Below the pieces are notes generated by a model. The model was not told the origin of the DNA, searched no databases, and saw only the letters and a program-made list of their open reading frames with translations. A program made the position numbers and the translations under genes. Below, piece after piece: positions 31,216 through 41,763 of a stretch of DNA of 64,000 bases (positions are counted from its first letter, which is position 1; each line of letters opens with the position of its first letter). Source of the DNA: an uncultured Acidobacteriota bacterium (GTDB lineage: Bacteria > Acidobacteriota > Terriglobia > UBA7540); the NCBI GenBank assembly GCA_963804995.1, contig CAWDSK010000003.1, positions 1 through 64,000 on the forward strand. Direction: 5' to 3'.

Positions 31216-31929
31216 TCAGGCGGGCCGTTCTTCCGGATCGAGGCCGGTGATTATGGCCTGGCGAGTCAAATCAATCAACTTCTGTCGATCGCTGACCTCA
31301 AGACCGGTGGTGGGGATGGGATCGTGGATGGTGATGCGGACGCGGCCGGGGTAGATGGCGAACTCACCTTTGGGCATGACCTTCCGGGCTCCGGAAGCAG
31401 ATACCGGAACGACGGACGCGCCGGCTTTGATGGCCATGACGAACAGGCCCTTCTTGAAAGTTTGCAGGCGGCCGTCGGGGCTGCGCGTACCTTCCGGGAA
31501 GCCCAGAAAGGAATGGCCCGCTTTCAGAGCCTCCACAGCCTTTTCGACGGCGGCCATGGCACGCTCGCGGTTTTTGCGGTCGATGGGAATAAAGCCCCGG
31601 CGGCGCATGGCGGTTCCCAAGACCGGCACGCGGAAAAACTCCTGCTTGGCCAGAACCAGCACGGGAGGAAGGATGCTGATGACCGCCGGAGGATCGCAAT
31701 TGCTCTGATGATTGGGCATGAAGATCAGGGCGCGATTCGGCGGGATCTTTTCAAGCCCCTGGACGTCCAAATGCACGCCGGATAGCCACAACGCCAGCTT
31801 GGCGCCATTGACGCCCACCCGGTAAATGTGGTCGGTGTTTCCCGTCAACAAGGCATGGATGAGGAAAGGTGTGCCGACAGTCAGGATATAGAGAAAAGTC
31901 AGGAGCGAAACAATAATGGCACGAATCAT
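31216..31929 (-). CDS. plsC: 1-acyl-sn-glycerol-3-phosphate acyltransferase
   Basis: NHQSNCD, FPEGTRS, FKKG. Confidence 0.92.
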   Translation of the reverse strand: MIRAIIVSLLTFLYILTVGTPFLIHALLTGNTDHIYRVGVNGAKLALWLSGVHLDVQGLEKIPPNRALIFMPNHQSNCDPPAVISILPPVLVLAKQEFFRVPVLGTAMRRRGFIPIDRKNRERAMAAVEKAVEALKAGHSFLGFPEGTRSPDGRLQTFKKGLFVMAIKAGASVVPVSASGARKVMPKGEFAIYPGRVRITIHDPIPTTGLEVSDRQKLIDLTRQAIITGLDPEERPA

Positions 31930-33860
31930 GGTTTATTGAGGGTGGCGGGGGGAGTTGTCCCACCCTTCAGCCACCCGGCTCGCAATCGCAATTGGTCGGG
32001 TGAGGCCTTGGAGTCTTCCTCGACTCGAAAGGAAACTTCCTGGCTCACTCCGACTCGGAAGCCGATGACCGGGGTTTGTCCCTCGCGCGCCACCTGGAGC
32101 TCGACTGCTTGCCCAGGTCGCCAGGCCGGCATGCTGACTCCAGTAACCACCGGCAACGGTTCACCATCCGCTTCCAGCACCACATCGCCCGCCTGCAGTC
32201 CGGCGCGCTGCGCGTCGCTCCCCGGTTCGACGGATTCGACTTGCAACAATCCGTCTGGCCTTCGCACCACAGCAAAACCCGGCGCGGGCAAGTCTGTGAC
32301 TTTGGAAATCAAACGCATTCCTGCATAGCCCAGGAAGTGCGCATAATCAAGCTCTTCAGTCCCTTGAATATAGTCGGCGACAAAGCGATCCATGGCAAAC
32401 GAGGGCGCGAGTTCTTGGACGATGGCTTGAAGGTCCGCCAGAGTATAGAAGCGTCCCCTTTGAGCAAAGTCCAGGTTCAGGCGGCGCATTACGTCGTCGA
32501 GGCCTGCGCCATTGTGGGTCGAGTTCCGGATTCCCAGGTCCAATAGAAAGCCGAGCAATTCGCCTTTGTTGTAATAAGAGATACTTCTGTCCGGCCGGTT
32601 GTAATCCCCGTACTTTTCGAGCCAGGCATCGAGACCTGAAACCTCCACGCTCTGAGCGCTGTGCGCGGGGCGAGTTTGGAGGGTTTCGATGGCTCCGGCC
32701 ACGCGGGCGTAAAAAGTATCATGACTAATTAGTTCTGCGCGCAGCAGGACCAACTCCGCGTAGGTGCTCGTGACCCCTTCACAGAACCACAAATCCCGCG
32801 TGTCATTCCCGTGGATGTAATCGATCGGTTCCAAGGCTTGGGGGCGAACCCGCTTGACGTTCCAGGCGTGGAAGAATTCGTGGGCGGCCACATCCTCAAG
32901 CTGGGTCTGCTGGGGCCGCAGCAGAGAGGCGGGAAGCGTGATCGCCGTCCCATCCCGATGCTCCATGCCGCCGGTCGATTGCGCCTCGCGAGGGAAATGC
33001 AGAATGAAGGTGTAGCGCTCAAACGGAAGATCCTGCATCAGGGCGGTCTCCGTGGCGGTGATCCGCCGGAGGGCGTCAAGCAGGCGATCCTCCGCATAAG
33101 CGCCGGGGTCGGCATGGACGACGACGTGGAAGGTCGCCTGCTTCACCGGTGACCCGGACGCCGCGTCAGACGTGCGTAATTCCTGCGTGTAGGTGTACTC
33201 AGTAAAATGGCCTGCCTCCAGGGGACTGTCGACCAGGGCGTCGTAATTGGGCGCCTGGAACTCATCTCCGTGAGCCTCCAGCAGCGTGGCCACCTTCCAT
33301 CCCTGGGGATGAAGAACCTTGACCTGCACCGAGCGGCTGCGTTCCGCGGGCAGATAGAAGAGCACCATGGCGAAGTTCAGGAAGGCATGCTTGGGACTGA
33401 GCACGCTTGAGAAGGGACCCTCCTCCCTCGCATACACGGCGTAGTGAATCTCCAGATCGCCACAGGAACGGTTCGGCCCGCGCCAGGTGTTCACATCCAC
33501 CCGGCTTAATGCGGCGCGCTGACCGTCGCAAGCGGCTTCGACGCCTTGGACGTTGCGCACGAAGTCACGAATCTGGTAAAGGCAGTTCCAGGTGGGAAAC
33601 TGAATTTCGGTGGCGGGAGGCGCGGCGGGAACGCTCAGGGTGACGCGTACCAGGTGCGTATCAGGCTCCTGCAAATCCACCAGATAATGAATGGGCGGAG
33701 CGCCTTCGGCTGCGCAACGCAGCACGGCCAGCAAAACAAACAGGACCAGTCTCCCACCCGCGCAAGAAAAGTGGTGGAGCGGCTGGATTTGAAGGTAGCG
33801 GCCCTGCTCCGGCGGCTTCAAGAGACGGGCCAAAACGGTGATCGGCAAGTTACGATTCAA
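31926..33860 (-). CDS. M61 glycyl aminopeptidase with PDZ domain (start uncertain)
   Basis: GGMEH, AHEFFHAWNVKRVRP, LWFCEGVTS, SYYNKG. Confidence 0.92.
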   Translation of the reverse strand: MNRNLPITVLARLLKPPEQGRYLQIQPLHHFSCAGGRLVLFVLLAVLRCAAEGAPPIHYLVDLQEPDTHLVRVTLSVPAAPPATEIQFPTWNCLYQIRDFVRNVQGVEAACDGQRAALSRVDVNTWRGPNRSCGDLEIHYAVYAREEGPFSSVLSPKHAFLNFAMVLFYLPAERSRSVQVKVLHPQGWKVATLLEAHGDEFQAPNYDALVDSPLEAGHFTEYTYTQELRTSDAASGSPVKQATFHVVVHADPGAYAEDRLLDALRRITATETALMQDLPFERYTFILHFPREAQSTGGMEHRDGTAITLPASLLRPQQTQLEDVAAHEFFHAWNVKRVRPQALEPIDYIHGNDTRDLWFCEGVTSTYAELVLLRAELISHDTFYARVAGAIETLQTRPAHSAQSVEVSGLDAWLEKYGDYNRPDRSISYYNKGELLGFLLDLGIRNSTHNGAGLDDVMRRLNLDFAQRGRFYTLADLQAIVQELAPSFAMDRFVADYIQGTEELDYAHFLGYAGMRLISKVTDLPAPGFAVVRRPDGLLQVESVEPGSDAQRAGLQAGDVVLEADGEPLPVVTGVSMPAWRPGQAVELQVAREGQTPVIGFRVGVSQEVSFRVEEDSKASPDQLRLRAGWLKGGTTPPATLNKP

Positions 33861-33960
33861 GGTCAGGTATCGGCAATATCCGCAAAAAGCTTAAGTCGAA
33901 AACTGCGGTGATCTATGACTTCCTTTACGCCGGATGCCTCCCTACTATAGCACCTTTTCT

Positions 33961-35430
33961 TTATGCCTCAGCGCGGGAGCCTGACCGGAACTTCCAGAAA
34001 TACAGCCCAGCGCCCAACAGAATGGTCAGCAGCCCGAGACCCGATTCTTTGGGCCGTAGGGCCGCGGTATAGCAGAGCATCCAGGCGCTTGTGGATATAA
34101 AGACGAAAGGAATCAGCGGATAGCCCCAACTGGTGACGGCGAGTTTTTTCCATCCGGGGCGGCGGCGCAGCCGGATCATACCTACCACGGCCATCGCTGC
34201 AAAGAAAATCAGCGCGAACCCGATATAGTAGATCAGGCTCTCAAACGTTCCGGTCAGAATCATGACCCCGGCAGCCAGTGACTGATAGAGGATGGCGTGC
34301 ACTGGTGTCCCGTACCGCGGGTGGATGATCGCTGCGCTGCGGAAGAAGCAGCCATCCACCGCCATGGCAAAATAAACGCGCGGCCCGATGATCACCATCG
34401 CGCTCACGCAGGAAAGCAGTCCCACCGACATGACGGCGCTGAAGATGTTTCCGCCCAGCGTCCCGAAGAGCGCCCCGGCGGAGGCATCACCAATGGCGAC
34501 CACGCCCTTCATCGCTTCCAGGGGCAGGGCGAAAATGAACGCCGCATTCAACGCCACATAAAATGCCGCGACCACCAGGGTGCCCGTCACCAGCGTGGCC
34601 GGCAGGGTGCGCTCCGGCGTTTTCATTTCCGCCGCCACGTAGGTAGCGGCGTTCCATCCGCTATACGCGAACATCACAAAGATCAACGACACCGCAAACT
34701 GCGCCGGCAGGCTGTGCGTTGAGGTTCGAATCGCGGCCTGCGAAAAATGGGCGGCGCTGCCGTGGCCAATCGTGAAGGCCAGGCACAGGAAAAGCAGCAG
34801 GACGCTGAGCTTGAGCCCCGTGAGAACGTTTTGGACCTTGGCCGCGAGCCGCAACCCGAACACATTAATCACGCCGAAGGCTGCGACAATGCCCACCGCG
34901 AGCCATTGCCCGGGACCAGCATGCAGCCACGGGAGCGCCGCGCCAAAAGTTCCTGGAGCCCCGCTGACCCGAAAAACGGGAAAGAAGTGGGCGAAATACT
35001 CAGAGAAGGCCAGAGCCCCGGCGGCGATGGGCGCGGAGAAGCCGGCGAAGAAGGAAATCCATCCGCTCAAAAAGCCCCACGCCGGCCCCCAGGCCTCGCG
35101 CAGAAAAACATAATCGCCGCCGGACTCAGGAAGATTGACCCCCAACTCCGAATAGCAGAGGCAGCCCGCCGTCGCAATGATGGCCCCCACCACCCACACG
35201 GCCAACACCAGCGAGGGCCGGCCCAAATCCCCGGCCAAAAACCCCGTGGTGGTGAAGATTCCGGTGCCGATCATGTTCGCAATCACGATGGCAGTCGTGT
35301 GCGTGAATTCCAGTTCCCGCTTCAATAAGGGTTGGATCAAGGGATGGGTTCTCCGACCTTCCCGGTGGAGACGGCTCCTCCACCGCATGCTGTATTCACG
35401 CCGAAATCCGTGTGACAAGGCGAATGTCAC
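33961..35430 (-). CDS. APC-family amino acid permease (start probably nearer 35390)
   Basis: NMIGTGIF, SGGDYVFL, FAYSGWN; about 12 TM segments. Confidence 0.9.
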   Translation of the reverse strand: MTFALSHGFRREYSMRWRSRLHREGRRTHPLIQPLLKRELEFTHTTAIVIANMIGTGIFTTTGFLAGDLGRPSLVLAVWVVGAIIATAGCLCYSELGVNLPESGGDYVFLREAWGPAWGFLSGWISFFAGFSAPIAAGALAFSEYFAHFFPVFRVSGAPGTFGAALPWLHAGPGQWLAVGIVAAFGVINVFGLRLAAKVQNVLTGLKLSVLLLFLCLAFTIGHGSAAHFSQAAIRTSTHSLPAQFAVSLIFVMFAYSGWNAATYVAAEMKTPERTLPATLVTGTLVVAAFYVALNAAFIFALPLEAMKGVVAIGDASAGALFGTLGGNIFSAVMSVGLLSCVSAMVIIGPRVYFAMAVDGCFFRSAAIIHPRYGTPVHAILYQSLAAGVMILTGTFESLIYYIGFALIFFAAMAVVGMIRLRRRPGWKKLAVTSWGYPLIPFVFISTSAWMLCYTAALRPKESGLGLLTILLGAGLYFWKFRSGSRAEA

Positions 35431-35510
35431 AGCCTAGGGTGGAAACGCCCAGAACGCAAGAGGCTTTAGTCCGCTCGACAGCAATCGTGCGGGCCAGTAT
35501 AATTCTTTAC

Positions 35511-36128
35511 ATGAATAAGATGCCTTTTGTAGCCCTTGTTAACCGCTGCTCCGGGGGACTTTTCATACTGACAGCAGCTTTTCTCCTGATGTTGTCGAGT
35601 TCGGTTAGTCTTGCCAAAGGGCCCTCGCCCCTTCCCCAAAAACCTCTCGCAAGTTCGCTCGAGCACAGTGCTCCGTATGTGGCGACCCCGCAGGACATAG
35701 TCGATAAGATGCTCGAGTTAGCTAAAGTCGGTCCCGACGATGTGGTTTACGATATGGGATCGGGGGACGGCCGTATTGTAATTACCGCGGCTCAAAAATT
35801 CGGAGCGCACGCTGTGGGCATAGAATTGCGCCCCGACCTCTACGAACAATCGCGCGACCGCATTAAACAACTGGGATTGGAAGACCGCGCGCAGATTATT
35901 CACGAAGATATGTTCAGTGTGAGTATTCGCAAGGCGACGGTGGTGACGCTTTACCTCTTGACCTCCGTCAATGCGATGATGCGCCCCATGCTCGAGAAGC
36001 AACTGCGCTCGGGAGCGCGAATCGTTTCCCACGACTTCCAGGTGCCCGGCTGGGACCCGGATAAAGTTATCGAGGTGATGTCAAAGAACGGGGTCGCTTC
36101 GAAGCTTTACCTGTATGTACGACCCTAG
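35511..36128 (+). CDS. Class I SAM-dependent methyltransferase with signal-like N-terminus
   Basis: APYVATP, YDMGSGDGRIVI, VVTLYLL, RIVSHDF. Confidence 0.88.
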   Translation: MNKMPFVALVNRCSGGLFILTAAFLLMLSSSVSLAKGPSPLPQKPLASSLEHSAPYVATPQDIVDKMLELAKVGPDDVVYDMGSGDGRIVITAAQKFGAHAVGIELRPDLYEQSRDRIKQLGLEDRAQIIHEDMFSVSIRKATVVTLYLLTSVNAMMRPMLEKQLRSGARIVSHDFQVPGWDPDKVIEVMSKNGVASKLYLYVRP

Positions 36129-36162
36129 CTGCAGTGGCGTGCCTGCGAGCACGCGCCCGGGC

Positions 36163-37029
36163 TCATCGCGGTTTGCGGTAGCAATACCTCCCTTCCATCA
36201 CTTTTTCGACAGGCCCCGTCAGCCAGACCTCTCCACCCTCTGGCCAAGCCACTTCCAGGTAGCCCGCCTGCGTGCTGACCTGAACCCGCCGATCCGTGAG
36301 ACCATTGAGAATCGCTGCGACGGTAGCGCCGCACGATCCCGTCCCTGAAGACATCGTGTGTCCAACCCCGCGCTCCCAGAACCGGACCTCGATTTCGTTC
36401 CGTGAAACGAGGCGTACAAATTCCACATTGGTGCGATTGGGGAAGTGCTCATTGACCTCGATTTCCTCGCCCAGCCGGAGCCAATCAACCTTGTCGAAAT
36501 CCGCCACAAAAATACTGCAATGGGGATTTCCCATAGAGGTTACCGTGACCGGAAGATCACCACGATGCGTTTTGAGGCGGTAGCGGAGCACAGGAGCGGG
36601 AACGTTGCTGGGTGCAAAGGGGATCAGGGCCGGTTCCAGAATCGGGGTCCCCATGCGCACGCGGAAAGCCCACTTCCCTTCCGGTGCCTTCTTCTGTTCC
36701 AGCACTTTCAGTCCTGCCATCGCTTCAATTTGTAGGACCCGCTTCTGGTGCTTGCGCTCCGTCAGGAATGCGCCGGCGCAACGAATGCCGTTGCCCGACA
36801 TTTCCGCCTCGCTTCCGTCCAAATTGAAAAAGCGAACCCGGGCATCATGCGCGCGCACCCGGGGCGGCATGACCACGATAAAGCCATCGGCGCCTACGCC
36901 GGTGCGGCGGTCGAGAATGCTACGCACAAAATCCGGAAGGCCGGCGGGAACGTTGCGCTTGAGAGCGACAAGCCAGTCGTTTCCCTGCCCATGATATTTT
37001 ACCAATGGAATCTCGTAGGTTTTGCTCAT
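36163..37029 (-). CDS. dapF: Diaminopimelate epimerase
   Basis: KYHGQGND, GVGADG, EMSGNGIRC, SMGNPH, NVEFV, ERGVG. Confidence 0.93.
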   Translation of the reverse strand: MSKTYEIPLVKYHGQGNDWLVALKRNVPAGLPDFVRSILDRRTGVGADGFIVVMPPRVRAHDARVRFFNLDGSEAEMSGNGIRCAGAFLTERKHQKRVLQIEAMAGLKVLEQKKAPEGKWAFRVRMGTPILEPALIPFAPSNVPAPVLRYRLKTHRGDLPVTVTSMGNPHCSIFVADFDKVDWLRLGEEIEVNEHFPNRTNVEFVRLVSRNEIEVRFWERGVGHTMSSGTGSCGATVAAILNGLTDRRVQVSTQAGYLEVAWPEGGEVWLTGPVEKVMEGRYCYRKPR

Positions 37030-37088
37030 GATGTTGATGGATTCCTGGATGCCCTGTTTGGATATTACTTGCACACACACCGGCGTCG

Positions 37089-38684
37089 TTACAATCGCCG
37101 GAGTCGATACATTCGCAGGACCCCTTCGCCGAGGAAATCTCCCTGCTCCACAACTTCAAAATCCTTGAACGCCTGGGGGTAGGTCTGCATGAGGTGATCA
37201 ACTGCATCGCCTTCGCCGCGAATAATCCACTCCACCCAGTTCTCCGGTTCGGTGCGCATCCGGATCCAGTATTCGCGATTCATGTCGGTAATCGTCTTCG
37301 CGAAAGGGATTCCCACCGAGGGCATTACGCAGGGCCACTTCCCCGCCGCAATCAGCACCCGTTTCCCGTCATAGCGACCCCGGAGGAATTGGATGATAGC
37401 TTGCTGCCGCGCCGATCGGCAAGGCGTATTCAACATGCCCTCTTGAACTACGGCCAGTTGCTTCGGCCCAGCCGACAGCATAATTGAGAACTGGTGGGCA
37501 AGCAGCGCCAGGAACATCACGAGCAGCCCGGCGCGAAGCCCTCTGCCCAAGCGCCTCGATAAAACGAAGGAGGGAAACAGCGCGGCGGCGGGGAGCATGG
37601 CTATGCCGTAACGTAAATTATAATAGGTATGCGGGAAGAGGGTCGGTACATAGAGTGGGACCGCCGAATAGGCCATGGCCTGGATGTAGAACGGCAAAGG
37701 AACGAGAAACATCAGCGCCACGGCGGTCCGCCGAAATTCGCTATAGGCCACGCACCATGCCACCAAGCCCAGCACGGCCATCTCCAGCGGCCATGCGCCG
37801 ATCACGAGCTTAAGGTCTTCAAGGTAATAATGTGCCGACAAGAATAAACTACCGTCGGTTGGATATGCGAAGGCCGTCGTCGCTAGTTGGTGGGCATAGA
37901 TCGCTTTCGCCGAAAAGGGACCGTTATAAAACTCCAAAGGGTTCTTGAAGCGATAGGCATTATGTATTGCCCACAACAAAGGGCCTGCGCCCGCCACGGT
38001 AACGAATAGCGCGGTGCGCTGAACGCGTGCTTTCCACGGCTCCCGGCAAATGAACAATACGAAAAGGGTGGCAAAGGGAAGAACGTACCACATTTCGTAG
38101 CGCGTGATCGTTCCAAGAAAAGCCGCGATAGCAGCTCCCCAGAGAGACCTCCAGGAACCTGACTGAGAAAAACGAAACAGCGCGTACACAGCTAGCACTG
38201 TCCATAAAAGCGCCAGAGGCTCGGTGAGTGGCGTCGTTGCGAGGTACAAGAAGCTCGGGCACAGCAAGGCGCCGGCCAGAGCCACCAACCCCGCCGCCAC
38301 GTTGCGATTGATTTCTGCCCCTAGTCGGAACAGGAAATAGCAAGTCCCCGCAAACGCTGCGGAAGAAACCAAGCTGCCGGCCAAGCCAGTGCGCCAAAGG
38401 AAGTCATTGACGGCGAGAGGCGCGCAAAGCAGATGGTAGAGGGGCAACCAGACGCTACCGATTTCCTCATAGCCGGGAGTCAGGGAATCAAAGATGCGGC
38501 GCGCGCCCTCCATGTGCGCAAGCCCGTCGCCGTAAAGATTGGTCAGGCCATGGGAGTAGAAGAAAGCAAGGCTGGCGCAGGTCATCCCAAGAATCAGGCT
38601 GGCAACTGCACCTTCAACTCCAGCGGGGATTCGCCAGAGCTCCAGGCGGGATTCTCTTTGCTCAGGTGCAGCATCAGGCATCAA
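37089..38684 (-). CDS. Membrane glycosyltransferase (GT-C / ArnT-PMT-like)
   Basis: Multiple TM helices, YGDGLAH, VWLPL, TEPL, TRYE. Confidence 0.75.
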   Translation of the reverse strand: MMPDAAPEQRESRLELWRIPAGVEGAVASLILGMTCASLAFFYSHGLTNLYGDGLAHMEGARRIFDSLTPGYEEIGSVWLPLYHLLCAPLAVNDFLWRTGLAGSLVSSAAFAGTCYFLFRLGAEINRNVAAGLVALAGALLCPSFLYLATTPLTEPLALLWTVLAVYALFRFSQSGSWRSLWGAAIAAFLGTITRYEMWYVLPFATLFVLFICREPWKARVQRTALFVTVAGAGPLLWAIHNAYRFKNPLEFYNGPFSAKAIYAHQLATTAFAYPTDGSLFLSAHYYLEDLKLVIGAWPLEMAVLGLVAWCVAYSEFRRTAVALMFLVPLPFYIQAMAYSAVPLYVPTLFPHTYYNLRYGIAMLPAAALFPSFVLSRRLGRGLRAGLLVMFLALLAHQFSIMLSAGPKQLAVVQEGMLNTPCRSARQQAIIQFLRGRYDGKRVLIAAGKWPCVMPSVGIPFAKTITDMNREYWIRMRTEPENWVEWIIRGEGDAVDHLMQTYPQAFKDFEVVEQGDFLGEGVLRMYRLRRL

Positions 38685-39579
38685 AATGTGTCAGGTTCTT
38701 GATTTCGCGATAGCGTACTTCGATTTCAGCGGGCGTCAAGCGTAGAAGACGGTCCACACCGAATTCTTCCACTGCGAAACTCCCCATCACTGATCCATAC
38801 ACTACAGCGCGGCGCAGGTTAGCATCCGACAGGTCACCGGTGCGCGCCAGGTGGCCCATGAAGCCCCCCGCAAATGTGTCGCCGGCGCCGGTCGGGTCAT
38901 GCACCTGGTCGAGCGGATAAGCCGGCGCGGTGAAAACGGAGCCCGGGCTGAAAAGCGTCGCGCCGTGCTCTCCGCGTTTGATCACCAAAAATCGCGGGCC
39001 CATCTTCTGAATGTGCGCGGCTGCTTTCTTCAAGTTGTTTAGCCCGGAAAGCATCCGGGCTTCGCCTTCGTTGATGAGCAAAATGTCGACGGTAGCCAGC
39101 GCCTTTGCCAAATCTTCAGGCATGCCGGTGATCCAGTAATTCATGGTGTCGAGCGCGCTCGCGCGCAGTTTGGAAAAGGCACGGCGAACATTGAGCTGCA
39201 ACACCGGAACAATGTTGCCAAGAAAAAGGTATTCCGTATCGAGATACGACGCGGGAATCTTGGGGACGAAACTTTCAAAGACGTTGAGCTGGGTATCAAG
39301 AGTGTGCGCCTGGTTCATGTCACCCAGGTATTCGCCCTTCCAGCGAAACGTCCGTCCCGGAACCTGCTCTACTCCCAGCGTATCAATGGAACGCTCACGA
39401 AATACACGGAAGTGTTCTGCGTGGAAGTCTTCACCCACCACCGCCACCACGCGCACCGGCGTGAACCAGCTTGCCGTGACGGAGAAGAACGTTGCCGAGC
39501 CCCCCAGAATTTCTTCCACCTCGCCGTGGGGAGTTCGAATCGAATCGAAGGCTATGGAACCTACCGCCAAAAGAGACAT
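38674..39579 (-). CDS. PfkB-family sugar/nucleoside kinase
   Basis: LGGSATF, KRGEHGA, DPTGAGDTFAGG. Confidence 0.92.
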   Translation of the reverse strand: MSLLAVGSIAFDSIRTPHGEVEEILGGSATFFSVTASWFTPVRVVAVVGEDFHAEHFRVFRERSIDTLGVEQVPGRTFRWKGEYLGDMNQAHTLDTQLNVFESFVPKIPASYLDTEYLFLGNIVPVLQLNVRRAFSKLRASALDTMNYWITGMPEDLAKALATVDILLINEGEARMLSGLNNLKKAAAHIQKMGPRFLVIKRGEHGATLFSPGSVFTAPAYPLDQVHDPTGAGDTFAGGFMGHLARTGDLSDANLRRAVVYGSVMGSFAVEEFGVDRLLRLTPAEIEVRYREIKNLTHFDA

Positions 39580-39619
39580 AGGATAAAGTCAACCTCGAGA
39601 GGTAAAGAGTAGTAGGCGC

Positions 39620-40483
39620 CTATTTCAGGTACTTCCCTACCAAGAGCGCCAGTTTCTTCTTACTCGCCGCGGAAATCTTTTTGCGATCAGTAATGATCGC
39701 GTGGGCCAAGGCGGATGCGCACTTGCAATTTCGCTCGGCAGGGAGAGCACGGAGAGCCTGACATAAAATCTTCTGTGAGTTCTCCACGTTCCGCGAAAGG
39801 TAATCGAGAATCTGCTTGACGGTAACGGCAGCGTGGTCGGGGTGCCAGCAGTCGTAGTCGGTCACCATCGCCAGTACGCCGTAACAAATTTCCGCTTCGC
39901 GTGCCAGCTTGGCTTCCTGCAGGCTGGTCATTCCGATGATGTCCATCCCCCACGCGCGGTACAGGTTCGATTCCGCTACGGTGGAAAACGCTGGACCCTC
40001 CATGCAAACATACGTGCCGCCCTTGTGACAGGTAAGGGCGAGGTCGGCACACGCCTGATCCAAGGCTTCCACAACCGTCGGGCACACCGGCGTGTCAAAC
40101 CCGATATGCGCCACCAGGCCGCCTCCGAAAAACGTGGAGATCCGCTGCCGCGTGCGGTCAAAGAACTGAGTGGGCAGGACCATGTCCATGGGGTGACGGT
40201 CCTCGCGCAGTGAGCCTACGGCGCTAACCGAGATAATGCGCTCTACACCCAGCGCTTTGAACCCATAAATGTTGGCGCGGAAATTGATTTCCGAGGGACT
40301 GATGACGTGACCCCTCCCATGGCGGGAGAGAAACGCCACCTTCCGCCCCTCCAGCGTGCCGAGGATATAAGCATCCGAAGGCTTACCGAAGGGCGTGGAT
40401 AGACGCACCTCACGAACCCGTTCAATGCCCGGCATGTTGTAGAGTCCACTTCCACCGATGACCCCGATATCAGCTTTGGCCAA
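39620..40483 (-). CDS. mtnP: S-methyl-5'-thioadenosine phosphorylase
   Basis: IGGSGLY, SRHGRGH, EGPAFST, MVTDYDCW; TTG start after GGAGG. Confidence 0.93.
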   Translation of the reverse strand: MAKADIGVIGGSGLYNMPGIERVREVRLSTPFGKPSDAYILGTLEGRKVAFLSRHGRGHVISPSEINFRANIYGFKALGVERIISVSAVGSLREDRHPMDMVLPTQFFDRTRQRISTFFGGGLVAHIGFDTPVCPTVVEALDQACADLALTCHKGGTYVCMEGPAFSTVAESNLYRAWGMDIIGMTSLQEAKLAREAEICYGVLAMVTDYDCWHPDHAAVTVKQILDYLSRNVENSQKILCQALRALPAERNCKCASALAHAIITDRKKISAASKKKLALLVGKYLK

Positions 40484-40521
40484 ACTTCCTCCTCTCCATT
40501 CGCGCGTCGAGTTCACCGCGA

Positions 40522-41350
40522 CTACTCGACAGGTTGTGCCACGATCTTGCCGTCAACTTCTATCAAGCGAACCCACGGAACGCAAGGGTCATGGGGAAAG
40601 ATCAGTAACCCCTTTGCCGCCGCCAATTCCGGCAGCAGGCGTTTTTTGTTTTCGAGTGTCTCCATGGGATAAAGGTCGAAGCTGGTCATCCACGGGTAGG
40701 CAATGTGGGCCGTGGTGGGAACCAAGTCCGACGGGAAGAGAGCCATGCTCCCTTCTGATTCCACGCGCACGCACTGCATGTTCTTGGTGTGGCCGGAGGC
40801 AACCTCCACACGGACTCCGGGAACAATCTCCGCATCTCCGTTCGAGGAATTCGGTCTGTCCCTCCGCTGCCGCAAAACATTCCCGCACGTAGCTGGCGCG
40901 GTCGCGCTCCGTGGGGCACTGCGCATGTTCCCATTCACGACGCTGCACGAAATAACGCGCCCGCGGAAACGTGGGCGCCAGCTTTCCGTCTTGCTGGCGA
41001 ACGTTCCACCCGGTGTGGTCAAAGTGCAGGTGCGTATTAATGATAATATCAATATCCTCGAATCCCAGATGGAGCTTTGCGAGTTCCCCGGGTAGGGTCG
41101 AGGAATGATTCACCCCGTATATCTCTTTGAATTTCGCGTCGAATTTATCTCCGATGCCGGTTTCAACCAGGATGTTCTTCTGCCCCGTTTTAATGACCAG
41201 ACAAGTCAGGCTCAAGCGTACCCGGTTGCGCGCGTCTGCGGAGACCCGCTTCTCCCACAAAGGCTTGGGAACGACGCTGAACATCTGCCCACCGTTGAGC
41301 ATGAAGCTCCCATCGGTGATAGCGTGGACTTCAAATTTGCCCAGTTTCAT
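40522..41350 (-). CDS. MBL-fold metallo-hydrolase, YtnP-like (apparent frameshift near 40843)
   Basis: THLHFDHTG, GHT, SDLVPT, FPHDP across two frames. Confidence 0.88.
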
Positions 41351-41742
41351 GATTCCTCAATCAACTCGATGAGTACCCCTGCGGTGCCCGAGGGGTGCAG
41401 GAATGCGATCCGTTCGTTGCCGGCGCCAACGCGGGGTTCACGGTCGATCAGCTTCAGCCCATCACTCTCCAGCTTCTGCAAAGCTTCAGGCAAATTGGGA
41501 ACCGTAAGCGTAAGGTGGTGGATTCCCTGGCCGCACTTGGAAATAAAGCGCGTAATCGGGGAATCGGCCGAAGTGCCCTCGAGCAATTCCAGGCTGCTTT
41601 CGCCCAAACGAAAAATCGCTACTCGCACCTTCTGCTCAGCCACGTTCTCTTCCGATTGCGGAGCCTTCCCGAGCAACTTTTGGAAGACTGGCACAGTGCT
41701 GGCGAGCGATTCCACCGCGATGCCCACATGATGAATCTTCAT
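41347..41742 (-). CDS. mce: Methylmalonyl-CoA epimerase
   Basis: IHHVGIAV, GIHHLT, AFLHP...GVLIEL; next to meaB. Confidence 0.9.
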   Translation of the reverse strand: MKIHHVGIAVESLASTVPVFQKLLGKAPQSEENVAEQKVRVAIFRLGESSLELLEGTSADSPITRFISKCGQGIHHLTLTVPNLPEALQKLESDGLKLIDREPRVGAGNERIAFLHPSGTAGVLIELIEES

Positions 41743-41763
41743 GGCACCTCTCATCAAAACATT